Part shown: positions 58,265 through 64,000 of the stretch, in pieces
Layout: every line of letters starts with the position of its first letter
How positions within the stretch are numbered: position 1 is the first letter of the stretch
DNA from: an uncultured bacterium
GTDB taxonomy: Bacteria; Acidobacteriota; HRBIN11; JAKEFK01
Assembly: GCA_963777505.1 (NCBI GenBank)
Contig: CAVZQN010000006.1
Location: 288,001-352,000 of the forward strand
DNA length: 64,000 nucleotides
Direction: 5' to 3'
Notes under the pieces: generated by a model
The model's input: only the letters and a program-made list of their open reading frames with translations
Told to the model about the DNA's origin: nothing
Database searches by the model: none
Translations under genes and position numbers: made by a program

Positions 58265-58855
58265 CTACCCCGAAATATTTTGGAGTGCGCTTCGCAGTAA
58301 ATCTTCAAATGAAGCATCGCTTTTCGATTTATCCAGAACATTTTTCGCAATACGCTCTGCAAGATTTCTCTGATAGCCAAGATTCACAAGGGCGCTTATC
58401 AAATCTTCACGCATCGGTTTTTCTTCATGCACATGCGCCACTTCTGACAAAAGCTTCGGAATCTGCTCCCGCAGTTCTAATGCAACACGCTCGGCAGTCT
58501 TTCTGCCCACACCTGGAATTGTTGAGAGTTTAATAATGTCCTGTCTCTGGATTGCAGGAATCAATTCATCCGCAGACATACCTGATAGAAATGAGATTGC
58601 AACTTTAGGTCCGATTCCACTGACGCTGAGCAATTTTTCAAACAGAACTTTCTCGCGTGTTGTGCGAAAACCATATAGCGCCAGCATATCTTCACGCACA
58701 TGCGTATGAATAAAAAGTGAAAGCGTTGATCCCTCATCGGGAAGTTCAAGGAAAGTTGAGACCGGAATATTGACAAGATAGCCTGTTCCATTTACATCCA
58801 GAATCAAGGAATTGGGCTTTTTTTCAAATAGATTTCCTTTGAGATAGCCGATCAT
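58265..58855 (-). CDS. ruvA: Holliday junction DNA-binding protein RuvA
   Basis: MIGYLKG, HVRED..LYGF, VSGIGPK, IPGVGRKTAER. Confidence 0.96.
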   Translation of the reverse strand: MIGYLKGNLFEKKPNSLILDVNGTGYLVNIPVSTFLELPDEGSTLSLFIHTHVREDMLALYGFRTTREKVLFEKLLSVSGIGPKVAISFLSGMSADELIPAIQRQDIIKLSTIPGVGRKTAERVALELREQIPKLLSEVAHVHEEKPMREDLISALVNLGYQRNLAERIAKNVLDKSKSDASFEDLLRSALQNISG

Positions 58856-58856
58856 T

Positions 58857-59354
58857 TCATGCTCGTCCCAATGCCTGATTGAACGTAATCAAATGCGCAT
58901 GGGTAATCGCCAGACCAAGTGCATCCGTCACATCATAAGCTGCATCATCTCCGAAATTTACTTTGATGATCGTTTCAACCATTCTTTTAACCTGTGCTTT
59001 TTCAGCATGGCCATAACCTGTCACAGCATTTTTCACTTGTAACGCCGTATATTCATGTACTTCGCAGTTGTGAACCGATAGACTCAGCAGAATCACTCCA
59101 CGAGTTTGTCCAAGTTGAAGCGCGGAGCGTACATTGCGAGCATAAAAAATTTCTTCGACAGCTGCAAATTGTGGATTGAAGGAGCTGCAAATTTCGCAGA
59201 TTGCTTCGTAAAGAAGCTTCAGGCGTGTAGTAAACGGTTTGTTGGATAATTTGATGCAGCCAGCTTCTATTAATTGAAGTTGCTGACCATCGCTGTCAAT
59301 GATCCCATACCCGGTTACCTTGCTACCAGGATCAATCCCGATTATTCGAACCAT
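58857..59354 (-). CDS. ruvC: Crossover junction endodeoxyribonuclease RuvC
   Basis: IGIDPGS..TGYG, LGQTRG, VTGYGHAEKAQV, DALGLA. Confidence 0.96.
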   Translation of the reverse strand: MVRIIGIDPGSKVTGYGIIDSDGQQLQLIEAGCIKLSNKPFTTRLKLLYEAICEICSSFNPQFAAVEEIFYARNVRSALQLGQTRGVILLSLSVHNCEVHEYTALQVKNAVTGYGHAEKAQVKRMVETIIKVNFGDDAAYDVTDALGLAITHAHLITFNQALGRA

Positions 59355-59409
59355 CTCCGGTACTAGTATACCGCGTATCTCTGTCTCTTTGTGGTTAAAA
59401 AATTGGTGA

Positions 59410-60159
59410 TCAACCAGCTAGTTTGACAAGTTCGTCTTCTTCGATATCAAAATTTGCCCAGACATGCTGAACGTCATCATGATCTTCAAGAGCTTCAACA
59501 AGTCTAAGCACCTGTTGTGCCTCTTTACCCGTAATCTTGATCCAGGTCTGAGGAATCATTGCCATTTCCGCTGAGATCGTGGGAATGTTGTTTTTTGAAA
59601 GTGCTTCAGTGACAGCCACAAAGTGATCGGTGGAAGTTAGAATTTCAAAATTGCCCGCATCTTCCTGAATGTCATCGGCACCAGCTTCAATCGCGATTTC
59701 CATCAATTTATCTTCATCGACTCCCGATTTGTCAACGACGATTGAACCTTTTTTTGTAAACATCCATGATACGGAGCCTGCTTCACCCATGTTTCCATTG
59801 TGGCGTGAAAAAACAAATCGCATATCAGAAACAGTACGATTCTTATTGTCGGTCAGCACTTCAACAAGGATTGCAATTCCACCTGGACCATATCCTTCGT
59901 AATTGATTTCTTCGTAATTAACGCCAGGCAATTCACCTGTTCCTTTTTGGATGGCTCGTTTCACATTATCGGCGGGCATGTTCGCCCCTTTTGCGGCCTG
60001 AATCGCTGCACGCAATCGCGGGTTGCCCGTTGGATCGCCACCGCCGATTTTGGCTGCTACTGTTATCTCTTTGATGATTTTAGTGAAGGCTTTTCCTCTT
60101 TTGGCATCAACAACAGCCTTAATGTGCTTCACCTTACTCCATTTTGAATGGCCTGACAT
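59410..60159 (-). CDS. yebC: YebC/PmpR family protein
   Basis: [30 protein letters not shown]. Confidence 0.95.
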   Translation of the reverse strand: MSGHSKWSKVKHIKAVVDAKRGKAFTKIIKEITVAAKIGGGDPTGNPRLRAAIQAAKGANMPADNVKRAIQKGTGELPGVNYEEINYEGYGPGGIAILVEVLTDNKNRTVSDMRFVFSRHNGNMGEAGSVSWMFTKKGSIVVDKSGVDEDKLMEIAIEAGADDIQEDAGNFEILTSTDHFVAVTEALSKNNIPTISAEMAMIPQTWIKITGKEAQQVLRLVEALEDHDDVQHVWANFDIEEDELVKLAG

Positions 60160-60421
60160 ACATGAACTCCTAATTCATAATTGGGTGTTGGGAAGATGAA
60201 AAAAATCCTGGATTTCCCGGCAATACATGACACCCGGCAATTCAGCACGTGGACGCGGACTTGTCGCCGCAAAATTCGTGCGGATACTCTAATCCTAGCA
60301 CAGAGATACCCCTCAATCCAAAGACGGTTTTGGCTATTTGGACTTTGAGGTTGGTTTGAGCTATATTGACGGTGCGGAGCTCATCTTCGCAACATACTCA
60401 TGCGAAATTGTAGGAGTTAGC

Positions 60422-60622
60422 GTGGCGGTAAGTCAGGAATTACTGGACATCTTAGCCTGTCCCGTCTGTATTCGGAGCGTTCATTTAACTTCCGATCAAA
60501 AGGGCTTGAAGTGCGAGCAATGTAGCCGTGTCTATCCAATTGTGGACGACATACCTGTAATGTTGATTGAAGAAGCAACAATCCAACAAGAGCCCGATAC
60601 AAATAAACCAGCTTCCAAATAA
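60422..60622 (+). CDS. Trm112/YcaR family protein
   Basis: LLDILACPVC...C..C.RVYPIVDDIPVMLIEEA; GTG start after AGGAG. Confidence 0.88.
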   Translation: MAVSQELLDILACPVCIRSVHLTSDQKGLKCEQCSRVYPIVDDIPVMLIEEATIQQEPDTNKPASK

Positions 60623-60680
60623 CTAATCGTCGTACTTTCCGCAATAACCGCGGTACAACTAACGGATTGTCGATTCCAGC

Positions 60681-61949
60681 ATGCTTGCTTTCCTGAAAGA
60701 AAGCTTAAAGTCCAGAATCCGCAGCGAACGGCTGCTATGGATTCTCCTTTTGCTTTTTGTATTTTCAATATCCTTCTCTATTGCAGCTTCTCACATTCTC
60801 TTAGCTGCTTCAGCAGCAGTTTACTTCTATTGGAAATTGCGCCATAACTGGAAATTACCCAATCTTCCCATCCTGGTTCCTGCGCTGGTATTTGCCTACT
60901 GCACTTTGCTTTCAGCAGCATTCTCGATTCATCCCTTGGAGAGCTTAAGAAATTCAAAAGATCTCGCAATGTTCATTATTCTTCCGATTTTTTTTGATAT
61001 GGTGCGAAATCTAGATGACATCAAAGTTATTTATGGCATTTTAATTTTTGCAGGTGTAATTTCAGCCGCATACGGTTTATATCAATTTTTTTATCCAGAA
61101 ACATTTTTAATTCAAAGCAGGCTTCGAGGGTTCATGGGACATTGGATGACCTTTTCAGGTCTCTTGATGATCCTGAATGTTCTATTACTCTCCCATTTAT
61201 TATTTGCTAAGCATCATCCGCGGTGGTTCTATCCGGCTTTTGCTTTATTTTCGCTAACGTTGCTTTTCTCTTTAACACGAAATGCCTGGCTCGGATTTCT
61301 TGCTGCATCCATCGTATTAATTGCTATGCGAAAAGTCCGATGGATCATCGCAGTTCCTGTAGGTGTCGTTGTAGTCTTTGTGGCTTCAGTGCTGATTTTT
61401 CCCAACACGGTTGCCAATCGGATGGCGAGTCTTTTTAATACGTATGAGACATCAAACCGCGATCGTATATTGATGGTAAAAAGCGGATGGGAAATCATCA
61501 AAGATTATCCATTAACAGGAGTGGGCTCGGGAATGATCGAACAGGTTTACCCTCGATATCGAGCATCTGATAGCAAGTTTCGAAATCATCAGCATCTTCA
61601 CAATAATTTAGTTCAACTCGCAGCTGAAAATGGCATTCTTACACTCGCAGCCTGGTTGTGGTTAATATCGCGCGTCTTATTTGACTTGATTCATTGGAAA
61701 AGAAAAGTGATGAATCCGGAAGAACAGTTTATGATTCATGGAACAATTGGAATCGTAATTTCACTTTTCGTAGCTGGAATGTTTGAATACAATTTTGGTG
61801 ATTCAGAAATCAAGATGTTATTTCTAACCTTGATAACCTTGCCATATGCATGGCATACGCATGCAGTGCTTCTCAATGGAAGATCCCGTCAGGAAGAACC
61901 AGTGCATGTTCCGGATGCGGCTCCTGCTGCTGCAACAGCAGCCGGTTAA
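60681..61949 (+). CDS. O-antigen ligase family protein
   Basis: Multi-TM, TRNAW, PLTGVG, HLHNNLVQLAAENG. Confidence 0.85.
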   Translation: MLAFLKESLKSRIRSERLLWILLLLFVFSISFSIAASHILLAASAAVYFYWKLRHNWKLPNLPILVPALVFAYCTLLSAAFSIHPLESLRNSKDLAMFIILPIFFDMVRNLDDIKVIYGILIFAGVISAAYGLYQFFYPETFLIQSRLRGFMGHWMTFSGLLMILNVLLLSHLLFAKHHPRWFYPAFALFSLTLLFSLTRNAWLGFLAASIVLIAMRKVRWIIAVPVGVVVVFVASVLIFPNTVANRMASLFNTYETSNRDRILMVKSGWEIIKDYPLTGVGSGMIEQVYPRYRASDSKFRNHQHLHNNLVQLAAENGILTLAAWLWLISRVLFDLIHWKRKVMNPEEQFMIHGTIGIVISLFVAGMFEYNFGDSEIKMLFLTLITLPYAWHTHAVLLNGRSRQEEPVHVPDAAPAAATAAG

Positions 61950-61951
61950 AC

Positions 61952-62920
61952 ATGAATCAGGCATCTGTTCGTGAACTAATTTCGCGCTTCAACTCACTTC
62001 GAATTCTTGTGCTCGGCGATTTTATGCTTGATCACTATGTGATGGGGCGTGTGGATCGCATTTCACCTGAAGCCCCTGTTCCTGTTGTAGACGTTGAAGG
62101 GGAAACGTTCAGGCTTGGTGGTGCCGGAAATGTTGTCATGAATGCGCTTGGATTAGGAGCTCAACCAATTCCTCTTGGTGTTATTGGAAATGATTGGCCG
62201 GGCGTCAGCATTCGTGAACTGCTTGCCAAGCAGAATATTTCATCGGAGGGTTTGATCGAATCATCACGTCCGACAACACTAAAGACCAGAATTCTTGCTC
62301 ATCAACAACAAGTTGTTCGTGTCGATCGCGAACAAAGAATTCCCATTGATGCAGCTCTTGAAGATCAGATTGCTGAACAATTTATTAAAAAACTAGAGGA
62401 TGTTGATGCAGTTATCATTTCGGATTATTCGAAAGGAACTTTAACGCCTTCTCTGCTATCGCGAATTCTTCCGGCCGCAAGATCTAAAAACAAGTTGCTT
62501 TGTCTCGATCCGAAGGTCCGGCATTTTTCATCCTATACGCCTGTCACTGTCATCACACCGAATCAGGCTGAGGCCAGCAGTGTTCTGGGTTATCCCATTC
62601 TCAACGAGGACGATCTGAATGCTGCTGCAAAACGCATCATGGAAATGATCGATTGCAAAGCCCTGCTCATTACTCGTGGCGACAAAGGGATGTCCCTTTT
62701 TGCTGATGGCAAGCTCACACATGTCACGGCAAAAGCACGTGAAGTTTATGATGTAACAGGAGCAGGAGACACCGTTGTAACTTCACTCTGTTTAGCTCTC
62801 GCAGCAGGAGCGAGCGTTTTGTCAGCGGTTGAAATCGCGAATGCTGCGGCAGGCGTTGTCGTTGGTAAAATCGGGACCGCTTCTGCAAGCCCTGCCGAAC
62901 TGCTCGACTGTTTTGAGTAG
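61952..62920 (+). CDS. rfaE1: D-glycero-beta-D-manno-heptose-7-phosphate kinase (RfaE domain I only)
   Basis: GDFMLDHY, RISPEAPVPV, SDYSKG, DVTGAGDT. Confidence 0.92.
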   Translation: MNQASVRELISRFNSLRILVLGDFMLDHYVMGRVDRISPEAPVPVVDVEGETFRLGGAGNVVMNALGLGAQPIPLGVIGNDWPGVSIRELLAKQNISSEGLIESSRPTTLKTRILAHQQQVVRVDREQRIPIDAALEDQIAEQFIKKLEDVDAVIISDYSKGTLTPSLLSRILPAARSKNKLLCLDPKVRHFSSYTPVTVITPNQAEASSVLGYPILNEDDLNAAAKRIMEMIDCKALLITRGDKGMSLFADGKLTHVTAKAREVYDVTGAGDTVVTSLCLALAAGASVLSAVEIANAAAGVVVGKIGTASASPAELLDCFE

Positions 62921-62987
62921 GCGACCCTTCTGGTTGCCCATGTTGGTTAACAGACTTCGCCAGGCCGGCCACAAGAGCCGCCCCTAC
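62917..62987. repeat. Convergent GTAG-REP doublet (REPIN-like)
   Basis: GTAGGCGACCCTTCTGGTTGCCC and the inverted GTAGGGGCGGCTCTTGTGGCCGGCC. Confidence 0.65.
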
Positions 62988-63028
62988 CTAAAGAACCCGG
63001 ATTTTGTAAATATCGTATATTAAGTTAG

Positions 63029-63805
63029 ATGCCAAATTTTCCATTCATCATCTACATCGTAGCAGTTGCGGTTATAAGGATTCTCTTTCGCTCTCTTTAC
63101 GGAAGTCGAAGATACCGCAAGTATGTGTTTGTGCGTTTCAGAGAATTACTTCAGGATTTGCACGCCCGATATGGCGGCTCGATCAATGGTTGGACAAACT
63201 GGTCAGAATACGTGCTTCCTGATGGCCTGCGTGTGCGTGCTACTTATCGAGGACGCCCGATTCTAAAAATATTTTTTCCTCATCAATTTCAATTCTCAGC
63301 GCACCTGTATCGGCTACCCCAATTCCTTTTCTCATGGATCGGGCCTATTCTGCCTGAATCGACACGCCTGGGTGAATTGCCCTACATCATCAACGGCAAT
63401 ATGGATCGGATGCAATCACCACAAATTCATGGAACCCTTGAAAGAATCAGTCGATCTGGTTACACAATCCACATCGGTTCGAATGGGGTCACTTTTACGA
63501 AAACTTTGAAACCTGAAGATGCGATGGAAATTCCTTTCGTAGAAACTTTGCGGACCATCCGTGAGTTTGCAAAGCTACTGGATGGCCGCATCTTTGATAT
63601 TCCAGTCAGTGAAATCAATTCTGAAAGCAAATGTGCTTATTGCAAAGAAGAAATGATACATCCTGGAGAAGTCACCCATTGCCTGCAATGCGGCACGCCT
63701 CATCACAGTGAGTGCTTTGATTTAAATGGACAATGTTCAGTATTTGGCTGCAACTCTAGCCGGCATGAAGAGAATCGTACGCGTACTGAACAATTAATTC
63801 AGTAA
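63029..63805 (+). CDS. Membrane protein with a C-terminal prokaryotic RING-like finger
   Basis: N-terminal TM; CAYC...CLQCGTPHHSECF...CSVFGC. Confidence 0.75.
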   Translation: MPNFPFIIYIVAVAVIRILFRSLYGSRRYRKYVFVRFRELLQDLHARYGGSINGWTNWSEYVLPDGLRVRATYRGRPILKIFFPHQFQFSAHLYRLPQFLFSWIGPILPESTRLGELPYIINGNMDRMQSPQIHGTLERISRSGYTIHIGSNGVTFTKTLKPEDAMEIPFVETLRTIREFAKLLDGRIFDIPVSEINSESKCAYCKEEMIHPGEVTHCLQCGTPHHSECFDLNGQCSVFGCNSSRHEENRTRTEQLIQ

Positions 63806-63916
63806 GTCACTAGCTCCCCATCAAAAGACAGGACTAAAACCCCGCTGTTCGATACTGTTTCAATTCTCTTTCTTCACCGATAAATAAACTGTTGATGGCG
63901 TTATAGGTCAGTGTCT

Positions 63917-63954
63917 GGCCGGCTGGTGTCAAGAGTCTTGATATCCGGCCGGCC
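63917..63954. repeat. Imperfect hairpin (terminator or REP-like)
   Basis: GGCCGGCTGGTGTCAAGA-g-TCTTGATATCCGGCCGGCC. Confidence 0.55.
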
Positions 63955-64000
63955 TTATCGTCTTAGGAAACTTTTGACATGGCTTGGTCGAGAAGTATTG

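Noticed and set aside
60178-60228. 17-codon upstream ORF in the yebC leader
   Set aside because: No ribosome-binding site and no distinctive codon content
63834-64000. Minus-strand frame reading ...VS*DDKAGRISRLLTPAGQTLTYN, like a YD/RHS repeat remnant
   Set aside because: It overlaps a DNA hairpin that explains the sequence, is very short and lies at the window edge

Overview
Bacterial core-genome window from a diderm organism, roughly 40-45% GC by eye. Gene content and order (bamD, ppiD, gmhA/hldE, recO-glyQ-glyS-ppdK, pilT-recX-alaS, PEGA/TPR/FHA/TonB proteins) suggest Acidobacteriota, but that is inference. It holds about 50 CDS and one tRNA-Ala(GGC). No transposase, prophage or CRISPR array was seen. 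Two genes carry single-base frameshifts that may be assembly errors (S9 peptidase; tail-anchored FHA protein). Main observations: (1) a catalytically dead Ser/Thr kinase fused through one TM helix to a periplasmic TonB C-terminal domain, with membrane FHA proteins and a kinase-less PASTA protein elsewhere in the window; (2) very dense intergenic repeats: an octamer-based motif at about 10 gene junctions, at least six heptamer arrays with different units but the same architecture, and GTAG-REP doublets; (3) tandem NrdR-like boxes upstream of smc and dinB; (4) a transglycosylase / TPR-AIM24 / transglycosylase cluster; (5) a Dpm1-like plus three GT-C glycosylation cluster; (6) several apparently leaderless promoters; (7) an unannotated 52-aa zinc-ribbon gene and a membrane Prok-RING protein. 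All calls come from reading the sequence; no searches were run.
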